IMG/VR virus record: IMGVR_UViG_3300025896_000021
Reading direction: 5' to 3' (one strand)
Length of the DNA: 64,000 nt
Origin: a virus
Taxonomy: Duplodnaviria > Heunggongvirae > Uroviricota > Caudoviricetes
The notes under the pieces are model-generated. The model was not told where the DNA came from, searched no databases, and saw only the letters and a list, made by a program, of their open reading frames with translations. Below are positions 34,957 to 49,900 of the stretch, piece after piece. Each line of letters starts with the position of its first letter. Position 1 is the stretch's first letter. The position numbers and the translations under genes were made by a program.

Positions 34957-37900
34957 ATGTCAAAAAGAGTTAGAACAATTGATTTTTTACCAGAAATCTT
35001 CAAGACAGATACCAACAACCAGTTTCTATCAGCTACGCTAGACCAGTTAGTGCAGCCTCCAAATTTCAGTAAAATTCAAGGCTACGTGGGTAGCAAGTTT
35101 GGTTACGGTGTTAACGCTACTGACGGATATGTTGCTGAACCAACTAAGACTAGAAAAGATTATCAATTAGAACCTGCAGTTGTCTTCAAAAAGAAAGATA
35201 CACAAGTTGCAATCGATGCTATCACTTATCCTGAATTAATTGATGCATTGCATATTGAAGGCGCCGCAACTGATAATCATCATAAATTATTCACTAATGA
35301 GTTTTACTCTTGGGACAGCTTTGCAGACTTAGATAAACTTATCAATTACAGTCAGTACTACTGGTTGCCACAGGGCCCTGAGCCAGTGAACATCAGTGAT
35401 TCTACTATGTATAAAAGTGGCGCGTTTACAATGCTATCTAACAATGTAGTATATGATATCACTAGTGACTTGTATAAGTTTGACGTAAGCAATCCTACAT
35501 TGACTCTGGTCAGAGGTGGGTCATACACTTTTATCGTAAATCAGAATTCAGAATTCTATATTCAAACTCAGCCAGGTATCACTGGATATGAAAAGCTACG
35601 AACAAACATTAGTACCCGTGAAGTCTACGGAGTAGATGTTAATGGATTAGCTAATGGTACAGTGACATTTGATGTACCATTAGCTAACGCTCAAGATGAA
35701 AACAACTATCCAGGCAACAATCCAGTTGACCTAGTTGTATCTATGGCAATTGGAGATTTGCACGGTAAGAAAGTAAGTGATATTAATAACATCGACGGTG
35801 TTACTAGTTTAGATGGAAAACGTATTGTATTCTATGGAACTCAACCTGGCGTACAATCATACCTAGGCGATTTCTATGGAGAGTTTGGTTTTGATGTTGA
35901 TGATCCTGCACGTGTAGTTCCTACTACCACTGAAGTAACACAGACTGCTGGATCAGTAACTGATTTCGATGAAGAAACATTTGACAGTGACCCGATGAAC
36001 TACACTCGTCACGTAATCACTTGTCTGTCTACTAAAGATTTTTCAGTAAATAGTGTAGTGACATTCTCGGGCATTCCATTCGGCGGCCTGACTGAAGGTA
36101 CTGTTTACTATATTGAATCTATTCTCAGTGACACTACTTTTACAGTGTCTACCTCTTTGTATGGAACAGCAGTAGAACTAACTGATGCTACTACCAACGA
36201 GAACGGTAAATTATTTTTAACAGTACATGATGGTGGATTCGAAGAAGGTAGCCTAACTACCGTCAATGACAACTTCTATACTATCAAATATATCGGTGAT
36301 GAATTAGATCCTATCATCAGCGTGTACGAAGACGGCGTTATCCCTAACGATCAAACTATTCTTATTAACTACGGTACTAAGTATGTAACACGTCATTTTG
36401 TACGTAATGCATATGGTGAAATTTTACTAGTACCGTTGATCACTGCTAACCTAGATAAATTGTATTACCAAGCTGGTGCTAATCCTGATCAGTATGGAAC
36501 TATTAAGTTGATTGACGCTACTAGTCTTTCAGGTATAGATATTAGCGAGATCATCGGTAAAAAAACATACACTAGTCCAAACGGTGTTCAATTTACTAAT
36601 GGTCTAAAAGTAAAATTCAACGGCACAGTAGTCCCAACTCAATACACAACTGATCAATACTACGTAGAAGGTGTTGGTACATCTATTGCATTGCTACCAG
36701 TGAGCGAGCAATTAGTTCCTGAACCATTCGGTCAAGGATTCTTTGCCCCATTCGATCAGGTGTCGTATGATACGGATGCATACGGTAATGCACTACTAGT
36801 TCCAGCAGACAGCGATTACCTAACTATCAATCGTAACAGCAATAGCCAAAATGCGTGGAGCCGCAGTAATCGTTGGTTCCACATTGATGCACTGAATACG
36901 GTGCTGGCTAACAATGACAACAGTCCTATGGTCAAGGCCGCATTGGCTAGTACTACTGCTAGAGCAAAGCGTCCGATCATTGAGTACTATGCTAACCTCA
37001 AGCTATTCAATTCAGGCACTAACGGCAAAGCTCCAGTTGATTACTTAAACTTCACCGTGACCGATGCACTTAACCAAGTTGCCGGCAAGACTGCATTTTT
37101 TCCGGACGGCAGTGCAAATGAATTGTTCGATGGAGCTAGAATTATATTTGCCAATGATTCTAATATTGAAGTAAGAAACAAGATTTTTGTTTGCAACTTT
37201 AGTAAAGTCTCACCTGATCAAGTGCCAACTATCACGTTGAGCAGAGCATATGACGGGGATGTGGCATATAATGACCAGACTGTTATTGTTAAAGGAGATC
37301 AGTATCAAGGTAAGAGTTATTACTTTGACGGATCTACTTGGAGCGTAGCTCAATTAAAGAAGTACGTAAACCAATATCCTAAATTCGATGTGTTCGACAA
37401 GAATGGAATTAGTTTTGGAGACATAGAGTATTATCCTGGATCAGACTTCACTGGCTCTACGTTGTTTGAATATCAACCTAGTTCGGGAGTTAATGATCCT
37501 ATATTAAACTTCCCAATCAAATATAGCTCTATCACTAACATCGGTGACATAAGTTTTGATGTTAGCTTGAATTCACAGACATTCAACTATGTGTATAATA
37601 GTCAATCTATTACTACTCCCATCAACACTGGGTATGTACATACGTATTCGACCAACACACTATATGACCGACACATTGGTTGGCAAACTGCGGTAGAACC
37701 TACCTTTCAATATCAAGTATTCAACCTAACTTATTTAGGTAGCGATATTGTATGTGACATTCCTGTAAAGGCTGTAGCCGACACTGAATGGCCTGTTATT
37801 ACAGTGTATGTAGATAATCAACGAACTACTGATTATACCTATACAACTTCTGATTCTACTACGACAGTAACCTTAAACACTCCGCCTACAGTAGGAACTC

Positions 37901-40900
37901 CCATTGAGGTTCTATTGTTCAGTGATAGTGTGAGTAAAATTGCATACTATCAAATTCCGTCCAACTTTGATCACAACCCATTCAATGAACAAGTGACTAC
38001 TGTTAACTTGGGTGACCTTCGCGGCCACTACAAGAGCATATGTAATAATATCAAAACACTAATTGGTAGTGCATTTGGTCCTAATAACTTTAGAGACTTG
38101 GGTAATATTGTTCCATACGGTACACGTATTGTACAGAGCAGTGCATCATTGGTCGCACCGGCTATATTCTTGAAATCATCAAACAATAATATTTTTAATG
38201 CATTGTCATTCAATGCAAAAGAGTATACAAAATACAAAGCAGTATTAATAGACACGGTTGATAGATCAGATTACAATCCGTTGCAATCTAACAGTGATAT
38301 TTTAGATGATGCGCTAGATCAGATATCGGGAACTAAGTCTGATGCCAGCTCATTCTTCTGGAGTGACATGCTACCTTCGAAGGGTGCATCTACTACTAAG
38401 ACTTATAATTTTAAGAGTGGTGTAGATTCATCAGTGTACCCACTGACGATGATTTATGACTACACTACTGCTAACTATAATGGCGTGTTAGTATATCTAA
38501 CTAGAAAAATTGACGGTGTATCTAGAAACATCCAACTGGTTAAAGATATCGATTATACTGTTAGTGCGGTCGCAAAAAGTCTATCCATCAGTAAATATCT
38601 GATTCCAAATGATTCTATCACTGTTAAAGAATATGCACAGACATATGGTAGCTATGTTCCTAATACTCCTACTAAGATAGGTTTGTATCCTGCATATATG
38701 CCTGAGGTATTTCAGGATGCAAGTTTCATTACACCTACGTATTTCATTCGAGGTCACGATGGCTCTTACACTAAATTGTATGGTGATTATAATGGTGGTT
38801 TCTTAGAAGACTTTCGAGACAGAGCGTTGTTAGAATTTGAAACTCGTATATACAACAACTTAAAAGTTGTTGCTAAGATTCCATTGCAATATGATGATAT
38901 CTTCCCTGGACAATTTAGAACTACTGATTACACCTTCGATGAATTGAATGCAGTTTATTCTTCTCAATTCTTGAATTGGGTTGGTACAAATCGTGTGGAC
39001 TACAAGAGTCAGTATTATGATGCTACTAATGAGTTTACTTGGAACTATAGTAAGTCTATCAGTAAGCTAACTAATACTAAACTCCAACAAGGTAATTGGA
39101 GAGGTGTATTCTACTGGTTGTATGATACATCACATCCGGATACTCGCCCATGGGAAATCTTAGGAATAAACAATAAGCCGTCATGGTGGGATGCTAGATA
39201 CGGTGCTGCACCATACACTAGTGATAACATATTACTATGGACTGATATTAGTAACGGTTCTATTTGGAATAACGGTGACAGCTATATCAATGCTAAACGG
39301 GTACGTCCTGGATTATTAGACGTGTTGCCAGTAGATTCTAACGGTAAGCTAGTAAGTCCATTCACTAATGTAGTTAATTCATATGATGTTAACACCTTCA
39401 ATAATGAATGGACTATCGGGGATATGAGTCCAACAGAATACAGTTATCGCAAGAGTAGTATGTGGCCATTCGACTTGATGAGAATGTACGCATTAACCAA
39501 GCCAGCGCAATTCTTCTCGTTGGGCATTGACCTAGACATCTATCAATACAACTATGAATTTAATCAATATCTAGTTAATGACAGATTGCGTCAACCACCT
39601 TCAGACTTGTTAGTTTACGGTGCTAGTGCAGATACAGCCGCACATAGTTATTTGAATTGGATTGTTGATTATTTGAATCAATTTGGTATTGATGGTAGTC
39701 AGCAAGTAACTGATTACTTCAATAACACTGATGTTAGATTAACTTATAGAATGGCAGGATTCAGTGATAAAGACCTATTGAAATTCTTTGCAGAAAAAGG
39801 TTCACCTAATAGCAAGAACAATAGCTTATTGATTCCTGACGAGAGTTACAATATCATCTTGTATGAGAACCAACCATACAGTACTATTGTATATAGTTCT
39901 ATCATCATTCAAAAGACTAAGTTCGGATTCAGAGTATATGGTAACAGCCAAGACAAGGCATATTTTGTAATTAGCGATGCAAATCTTAACGGAATATATT
40001 CTACAGTAACAATTAATGATTATTCAATTAGTGTACCTACAAAATTTAGAGATACTACTACATACATTTCATACGGTACTGAATTTGCCACAGTAGAATC
40101 ACTTGCTCAATTTGTGAGCAGCTATGGTAATTACTTAGTAACACAGGGTGTTAAGTTTAACAACATCGAGAATGCATTAGAGTTAAACTGGAATCAAATG
40201 ATTGCAGAACTACTTTACTGGTCTTTGTCTGGATGGGAAGATGGTAGTATCGTTAACTTAAACCCTAACGCTAATAGTATCACCATCACAACTGATATTG
40301 GTATCGTTCAACCATTGACATTGTATCAAGAAAATTACATTCTGAATCAGAATCTAATACCAATCCCATTGAATGATCTAGGTATTACCAGACTAGATAC
40401 TACGTTTACTGCTACTGCATTGAATCAAGGCGACTCATTGAGTTTCATGCGATGCAAAGTTAGCGGTGTCGAGCACATTGTAGTGTTTGATAATACTACG
40501 GTATTCAATGACACTATGTTTAACTTAGTTACTGGCCTACGCCAGCAACGTATCTACGTTAAAGGTACAAAGACCGCAGAGTGGACTGGTCAAATGAACG
40601 CTGCTGGATTTATTATCAATCAAGATAATATACAAGAGTGGGTATCTAACCAGAAGTATAACAAAGGTTCAATTGTAAAATACAAGAATGAATACTGGAT
40701 TGCAAACAGAGTTACTGTAGTACCTGTTAGTAAATTTAACACTGATGAGTGGAATAAAACTTCATATGATAGTATTCAAAAAGGATTATTACCTAACCCA
40801 AGTACTAGAGCATATGAATCTACGTTATATTATAATACTAATGCAGCCAATCTAAAAAATGAAGCGGACTTGTTAAGTTTCTCATTGATCGGATATCGCC

Positions 40901-43900
40901 CACGTAATTATCTAGCTGAAGCTAACTTAGATGATACTACTCAGGTAAATATTTACAAGAATATGATTTCTAGTAAAGGTACTCGTAATGCATTTGATGC
41001 ATTAATCGGGGCAAACCTACAACAATCTAGTTTGACATATGACTTTTATGAAAACTGGGCTATCAAGACTAGTAACTACGGTGGAGTATTGAACAAGAAC
41101 TTTATCGAATTCACTTTGGACGAAAGTCAGTTGCTAGGTAATCCAGCAACGGTTGGCATTGTACACGGTGAAACTGTCGATAATGTTCAGCAGTTAGTCC
41201 AACTGTATGATTTGAAAAACTATGGATATACTATAAACAATACTAATATATTGCCTACTATATCTTCAACCACTGATAGTAAGTTACCGTCTGCTGGTTA
41301 TGTTAATCTTGACGATGTATTGTATACTGGATACTATGTTGATAATCTAGATAATGCTTCTATCAGTAACTTATATAAAAATGACTACGTATGGATTGCT
41401 GACAAGATAGGTGAATGGAAAGTATATACTCCTATCCCAACAGTAGCACGATTGACGAACGTTGTAAACAACTTAAACAATACCGCTACGTTTACCTTCA
41501 CTTATCACCATGACTTAGCGGTTAATGATATAATTGGTATTATTGATTATGACTATCGTGTCAATGGATACTACACTGTAGTCTCTGTTAACAGTTTAAC
41601 TTCTATTGTGGTCAGTTTAACTTTGGATTCTGGTGTAACTTCTATTAACAGTAATAAAAGTAACATCATGTTCAAGTTCTATAACCAACGTGTAACCAGC
41701 GCCAAAGATATTTCTACTCTAGAACTTCTAAACGCAGACTATGTGAAAAACAAAGTATGGGTTGATAAAAACCAAAACGGTGAATGGAGTGTATTACGCA
41801 AGACCAATAACTATGAGTATACTAACTTCATTAAGCCGGGCAATACTATTGAGTTTGGTAGTGCAGTAGCTTACACTGAAAAATTAGGTTACTTTGTTTC
41901 CGATCCAGCGAATAGCAAAGTGCATCGTTTCGTAGAAACGTCATCCGGTAATAGTCAGTACGCATTGGTGGATACTATTACTCATGGTCAAGGCTATGGA
42001 ACTGCGATGGTCAAAAATGATGATATAATGATTATATCACAACCTGATCCGTTTGGCGACTTGAGCATTCTATATGTTTATAGAATGGTGAAGACTGACA
42101 GAATCACGTCATTAGTAGAGGAACAAATTCTAGCAGTGGCTGGATTTAGACTAGGAGATAGTTTAGCACTTTCCGGTGACGGAGAGTTATTCTATGCTAG
42201 TGTCATCGACCTTAATGCTATTATTGAATTCCAGCGCAGTGCTGATTACTCATACTATAATATAGGTGCAGTATTAAAATCAGCAGTGACACCCGGCTCA
42301 ACATCATTTGAATTGTATGGTAACATCCCTAACTTGGTACCCGGACGTTATATCACGTTTACTAATTTTGGATATGATGACAAATATACAGTAGTAACTT
42401 CAAAGTACAATTCGTCAACTGATTCTACTACTGTGTATTTGAGTGAAGCAGTGTTGTACAGCGTGAGCACTGGCTCAGCGGTATACAGAGCGAGTGTTAG
42501 TTATTTCATCTTGGGTGCAATTTCTAGTGAAGGATTAGCTAACGGCAGTGATCTATTCAGTTCTAGTCTAGCTACTAACTATGACGGTAGCAAACTGTTC
42601 GTAGGCTCTCCTCAATCTGACTTTAGCCAACAGTTACTAGATTCCGGTTATGCATTCGTATACGACAGACTGATTGAAAATTGGGAAGTCATTACTGATA
42701 GTCCGGGTAATAGCTTTACGTTATTCTTCTTGCCTTGGCAACCTACCCCTACATCGGTCGTCTATATCAATGATGTAAAGCTACACCCATCATACTATGT
42801 ATTGATTTCGAATCTATTAGTGATAGGTCCTATCTTACGTGCAGGCGATGTAGTTACTGTTAGTAGTGGTAACATGGTATTAGTACAAGAATTAGCAAGC
42901 TACGACTTGATTGAAGAAATTGATCCAGGTGCTAAGTTCGCATGGTCATTAGATTGCAATACCTCTGGTAGTGAACTATTGATTGGTAGTCCGTTCAACT
43001 TGAATCAAGAAGAAAAAGAAGGAGCAGTGTTCAGATACTCTAACGAAGGTAAACACTTTGGTAGAATTACTGGTATATTACAATGTCACCTATTAGAACC
43101 AGCTAGCATTTTGATTAACGGTTATCGCGTTGCGTTACCTGATCCTACTATGTCTGCCCCTGGTGATGCGTTCTACGTAGCAAACAAAATTAATCAAGCA
43201 GTTATTACCAACGTTTTTGCATATGCAACTGAAGACAATCGCTTAGTAATTCGCCTACGTGATGTAGACTTGAATCCAATCAACAACAAACTGAACTTGA
43301 CTGTATTCAACGGTAATATCATGGCAGAGCTTGGTATTGCTATGTACTTGAAGACTCAAGTTATATACGATCCTCATGCAGAGACCCGAACTCAGTTTGG
43401 CTACAAGGTTAAATTCAATGAACAGAATAGTTTCATCGTAAGTGCCCCTGCTGCACCTCGTTATATGGGTACTCAGTTCGACTTCAGTAATGATGAGAAC
43501 AACCACAACGATACTGTATTTGATAATAACTTTACGCAGTGGGAAGACAAGTACGGAGACGCTGGTACAGTGTATATGTATGACTACATTCCTTCATACA
43601 ACGAAAGTTTGGTAACTGCTAGTAACTATGTATATTCGCAAACACTCCCTGATCAGGAGCTTGCATATGGTCGTCAACCATATTACGGTCAATCATTAGA
43701 CTTTATTAAAAACAAAGTAATGATCGGTACACCAAACTTTAAGAATGGTTCTATAAACGGTCGAGTGACTGTATATGAAAATAATGTCGGTGCAGCTAAC
43801 TGGGCAGTGTATAGAGAGTCTGCGCTTGTAACTGATATCACTAAGATTCAGAAAGTTCAAATCTACAATAACATCACTGATGTAACAGTGGAATCGCTTG

Positions 43901-46900
43901 ATTACTTTGATCCTCAACAGGGTAAATTGTTAGGACCTATACGTGAAAATATAGACTTCATTACTTCTGTTGATCCAGCTGGATATAACAATACGAATGC
44001 TAAAGGCAACATGGCATGGGGCAAGAATCAAATCGGTAAGATTTGGTTTGACGTAACCACAACTAAGTTTATCAACTATCATCAAAATGATGTAGTGTAT
44101 AACAGCAAGTACTGGGGTAATGTATTCCCGGGAAGTACTGTAACAGTATATAGTTGGATTGAAAGCGATGTAATGCCAGCGTTCTATATTGGTACAGGCC
44201 AACCATATAACTTTGGTAATTATAGTTTAGGATTCGAAACTGATGCAAGTGGAAACCTATCAACTCGTTATTACTACTGGGTACGCAATACTGACACGTT
44301 ATTTGGCTTACAAGGTAAGACATTAACCGATACAGTCATTGCTCAGTATATCGCTAATCCACAAAGTTCTGGTATTGCATATTTTGCAGCACTGTCTCCT
44401 AGCGTATATTCATTGTATAACGTGCGTGATTTTATCTACAGCAAAAATACTAACTTGCATATTGGTTTCAGTACCAACGACATTGATATTCCTAATCACA
44501 GTGAGTATCAATTAATTCGCAATGGTTATGCTAATGATTTCTTACGTGGAGTACCAGATAATATTAACTATGTAGAGCCTGCAGGATTGTACAACAAGTT
44601 CTTGAATAGCTTTGCGGGTGTAGATGAGATAGGTCAAGTATTACCTAATCCTAATCTACCTAAACTATTACAAATTGGTATTGGTACTCGTCCTAATCAA
44701 TCGTTGTTTATTAACCGATTCAGTGCGTTAGAGAATTATCTACAGTATGCAAATACTGTAATGAAAACTTATCCAATCAATGAACTGAGCACTATAACTT
44801 TCTTGAACACTTACGGTGATTCATTCGACACACGCAAATATTGGCAAAATATTTATTGGTGGGCTGATGGATATAGCAGTACAACTAAAACTGCATTTGA
44901 AGTTGCAACTTACTATGACTTACTAAAGGTTACTGCGAAAGAAGAACTAATAGTTGGTGTTAGTATGAACAGCCAAGGTAACCGTGAAGTGTACAAGTAT
45001 ATAACTAGTTCATGGGTTCGTATTGGTTTAGAAGATGGTACTATTGAATTCTTGCAAACTCTATGGGATTACGAGAACAATAGAATCGGATTCGGCGATG
45101 TATTCTTTGACACAGTTTCATTCGATGCATATCCTTCAATTGAAACCAAGTATATTGTTCGTGCGCTTAATGAGCAGATTTACGTTGGACCATTGACCAT
45201 CTATAAGAACAAGAGTTTGATATTGATGTTCGAATATATTCAAAGTGAAAACGTAGAATCACAGAATTACTTACCATGGTTGAACAAAACTAGCTTGGCA
45301 GATGTTAGCTATAACATTCGTAGCTTGCTACCGTACCAAAAGTATCAAAGTGATAACACTAATTTACTTGAAGGTTACTTAAATGAAGTTAAACCATATC
45401 ACGTAGTCCTTAAAGAATTCAGTTTCAAATACGATGGTATAGATACATTCGACGGTAACATTACTGACTTTGACTTACCTTCAAAATATAATTCTACACT
45501 AAAACGATTTGTATCACCGCAGTTGTCATATAGTTCATCATTATCCGGTGGAGAGTATAATAGTGCAGACGCAATTTGGTCTAGTGATGCTGAATATCAA
45601 TCTTGGATCAGTAACTATGGTCTAAAATTAATTGCTAAGAAAAATCAAGTCGTAGCGAGATTAGTAAAGTACGTTAATACTATTAGCCAATCACTATATG
45701 TAGATAATGCTAGAGGATTGCCTGCTGCAGGTATCATCACGATTGGTGGAGAATTGATTGCCTATTCTAAAGTAGATAGAAACCGTGGTAAGTTGTCTGG
45801 ATTAAGTCGCGGAATGAGTAACACTAAGGTTACTACTCATCTTCCTGATACTAGTGTTTATGCTGATTTACCGAGCGTTATCGTACTGGATACCGGACGT
45901 GGATATATTGACCCACCGATAGTTAAAGCATACATCGATACATCGAAGTATCCTGCACCAACACGTGAAGCAGTATTGAAAGCTGCAATGAGCGGCGATA
46001 AAGTAATTGAAGTCGAAGTAATTGATCCAGGAGAAGGTTATGCTGTTGCTCCGGAAATTATATTCCAAAGTGCATTTGAGACTGTGTTCAATGAGAGTGA
46101 TATTAACTTCCAATCAAACTTATTGGTTCTAGATCCTACTGACATTGTAACTGGTGATTTGATTAAGATCATTGCCGGTGGTAATTCTGATGAAGCTATT
46201 ATTTCTGGTTACTACTACGTTACCGTACTAGGATTTAACAGTGGTTCTAGTGGGGTTAATGACAAACCGGTAGTATCGTTGCATTACAATTACAGAGACA
46301 GTACGGTCGGAGAACATAAAGTGGTGTTCAAGAAGATCACTACTGCATTGTCATATACGTTGCAGATGGTACCTAGAGCGATTGCAGTTACAACTAGTCC
46401 GTTGATCCGATCTATCAATACTACTATGAGGTTAGATAGAACGAGCTATCAAACCATGATTGAAGAATGGAAATCAGGTACATACTGGCCTAGTCCATTC
46501 AACAGTTTAGGTAATGATGCTAGTACTGATACATCGTTGAGCTACGGCATACCGTTTACGTTCGAATACAATGACGGTAAGAACTTTCAAAACAGTGCTT
46601 ATGGTGCTGGAGTGAAGTTTACTGTGTATAATCAAACAATGTTAGAAATGTATGCAGTGACTATCGAAGCGTCGGGCGCCGGATATACAGTGGGTGATAC
46701 TATCACGGTAGAAGGTTACTATTTAGATGGAGTTACCGGTACAAACGATTGTACTATTACAGTAACCTCTATCATTGGTTCATATGCAACTGGCCCTATT
46801 AAAACAGTAACAGTATTGGGAACTCCGTACTCTCAAAGCGGCGCAGGCGCTCAAGGTGCATTGCTTCCAATCATGGCTACGGAAACAGTAGAAGACGCAG

Positions 46901-49900
46901 TAGTGGTTACTCTGAACTATAAACCAAGTACATTGAAACCAGGCCAGATCAAGGGTTTGAGAATGTATTTCTATCGTCATTTTGAACCATATGTATATGA
47001 TGATACTGGTACATCATTTACTGGATCTATTTCTGGTACTACATTGACCGTGACTGCTATAGTAGGGTCTAGTACGACATTAAGTATAGGTGATCATGTA
47101 TATGGTAGAGGAGTATACTTTAAAGGTGCCGGGACAACTATCACCGGCTTTGTGACCGGAACCGGTCGCTTAGGTACATACACTGTTACTCCTAGTCAAA
47201 CTGTCGCCTCAACTGATATGAATACAGGCGGCGGTGCGGTGATTGAAGTGTATCGTCCTAGATTCAATCCAGTGTCAATCACTAATCAATACTTTATTAA
47301 GATTCTAAACTATGGTTGGAAGTATATTGATGATGATCAAATATTGTTATCTGGTGCATTACTAGGTGGAACCGCCGGAACGAATGACGCTAGCATTAAC
47401 ATTCGATATGCCGGAGATTTTGGACAGATTCAAATTGCGTCTATCACCGGTGTATCTAATGGTGGATTCAAACAATACTATGTCATGCCAGTGAGTGCAA
47501 CGCAGATCAAATTGTTTGTTGATACTAAGTTGACTATTCCTGTATTGTCTGCGGATTATACTTTCACTAATACAGTGACTGACTTTGCATTCATACCGGA
47601 ACCATTGTCATCAGGCGGCGGATATAAGTACACCGTAACTGCTATTGTCTCTTATGACAATAGAGTATGGCGTTGCTTGATTAGTAACAGTGATGATTAT
47701 TTTGACTTTGCTAAGTGGGAAGTAATTCCTAGTGATAGCAGATTACTAAACGCACTAGATAGAACTATGGGTTACTATAAACCTACAGTAGATATGCCGG
47801 CCAAAGATGTACGTCAATTGTTTACTGGTACTACATTCCCTAATGCAGTTTACTATGGTAACAGCTTTGCTCCCGGAGATGAATTACCTCTAGATGTTGT
47901 ATTGAAGGATCAAATCTTCTATCCTAGAGACACTGATATTAAAGCAATTATATTTGATGGTACTTCATACGTAGCTGTAGGAGAAACTGCCACTCACTCT
48001 GTTGCATTAATCAGTGATGACGGAACTAACTGGCGCGTCATTAAATTATCAGATCAAAACTTGGGAGTTACTGACATTGTATACTCTGGAATTTACTATG
48101 TAATTTCAACTACGACAATTGCGACACCGGTATTATTAAGTGATGATAAAGTTAATTGGTCAACATTAGGTTCAAACGTAGCATATGACTTTACGCCGTA
48201 TGGTTATACTGGATTCGACTCACTCGCATTAACCGTGCCTAGTGAAGAAATGTATTCATTGACATATGCGAACGATAAGTTTTTTGCTATTGGTAAAGAC
48301 ATTGTTTCAAGTGACGACGGTATTACTTGGAACATAGTGTTCAGTTTTGGTAGCGAATTAGACAACCAAATTAAAAACTTGCGCTATGTAAATTCTACCA
48401 ACTTTGTTGGTTATATTGCTGTAGGTGGTGGCTATCAAGTCGTAGAAGGCGCCGGCACATCTTCTCCGGTGGTAGAATATAGAGCAAGAATCATCACTGA
48501 AGTCGATTCAGTTTGGAATACTTTCAATCCATCATTCACTGGTAATCAAATGAACACTGTTATCGCATCTAGTGATATCATTGTAGTCGCTGGCGCAAAC
48601 GGAGAAATTTGGAATAGCATTAATACTCGTAACTGGATCATGTCAAGTGTCTCCGGTGGAACAGTAACCGCTACATTACGTGACAGTTCATACGGTAACA
48701 ATATATTTGTTATCGTCGGTGATGCTGGAACAATTCTAAAATCAGTTGATGGCATTTCATGGGGAGTAATTGCAAGCCCGATCTCATTCGACTTGACGGG
48801 TATTACTTTTGATGGTACGTACTTCTATGCGGTTGGTAATAACGGTGTTATTATTCGTAGTACGAACGGAAGTGCTTGGCAAGATATTTCCTTCATCACA
48901 ACTGATAAAGCATTATATGATATCAAGGGTAGCGAGTACTTGTCAGGGTATGGTCCTGAAGAACTAGTGCCAGGCATCATCAGTGACACGTTATCAATGA
49001 AGGTTACGACTCGTCCTGGATCATATTGGGATAACGATACGTTCACTCAATCATTCTTGTATGGAAATACTGGATTCAATATTGTTTCTGAAATAGTTAC
49101 ACCAACTGGAACTACTGCTAGCTTTGATAATTTAGTAGAAAATCCTGCACAACTTTCAGTGTTCATTGTGGACAGTATTACTAAGTTAGGTAATCGTATC
49201 TATGAAAATTACGGGTATGCTCTTAACTGGATCACTAAGACGATTACATTGTCTACTGCTCTAGTTGCTGGTAAGTCATTATTAGTTGAAGTATACGAAG
49301 TTGGTAATGGTCGTCAGTTAGTAAGAAGCAATTCTCAACTAATGCCGGTGACCATTGATACTACTACCGGGCACTCACAAATAATATTGAATGAAAAAGC
49401 ACAGAACTTAAGTGCTTCAATCATATATCGCAACGGAACAAAATTGGTAAACAACACTGATTATCAAATTGTTACGGTAGCTAACTACATGAAAGTTCTG
49501 TTTAGTACTACATATGACTTATCAGTAGACTATCTATCATTTGCAATTTTAGGTACTGCATTGTCTGAATACAACGCAAATGAATATAGTTATAGCATTC
49601 CAGAGACACAGGTGTTTGTATATACTAGCAGTAATGTGTTCACCTTAACTAATTCGTTAGGTGGCAATAACAATGTTAATGCTATTGTAGAATTGAATGG
49701 TCTACGTCTATTGAGTTCTCAGTATTCTATTAATACTTCTGCCAAGACGTTGACTGTTACTGCGGCATTGGTTGCAACTAATATAGTTGCAACTAATATA
49801 GTTGCTATCACTACGTTTAATGATACACAGCGCCAGTACTTAACTACTGATTCATCAACTAATATGGAGGTAACTGCAATCAATACAATTGACACTACTC

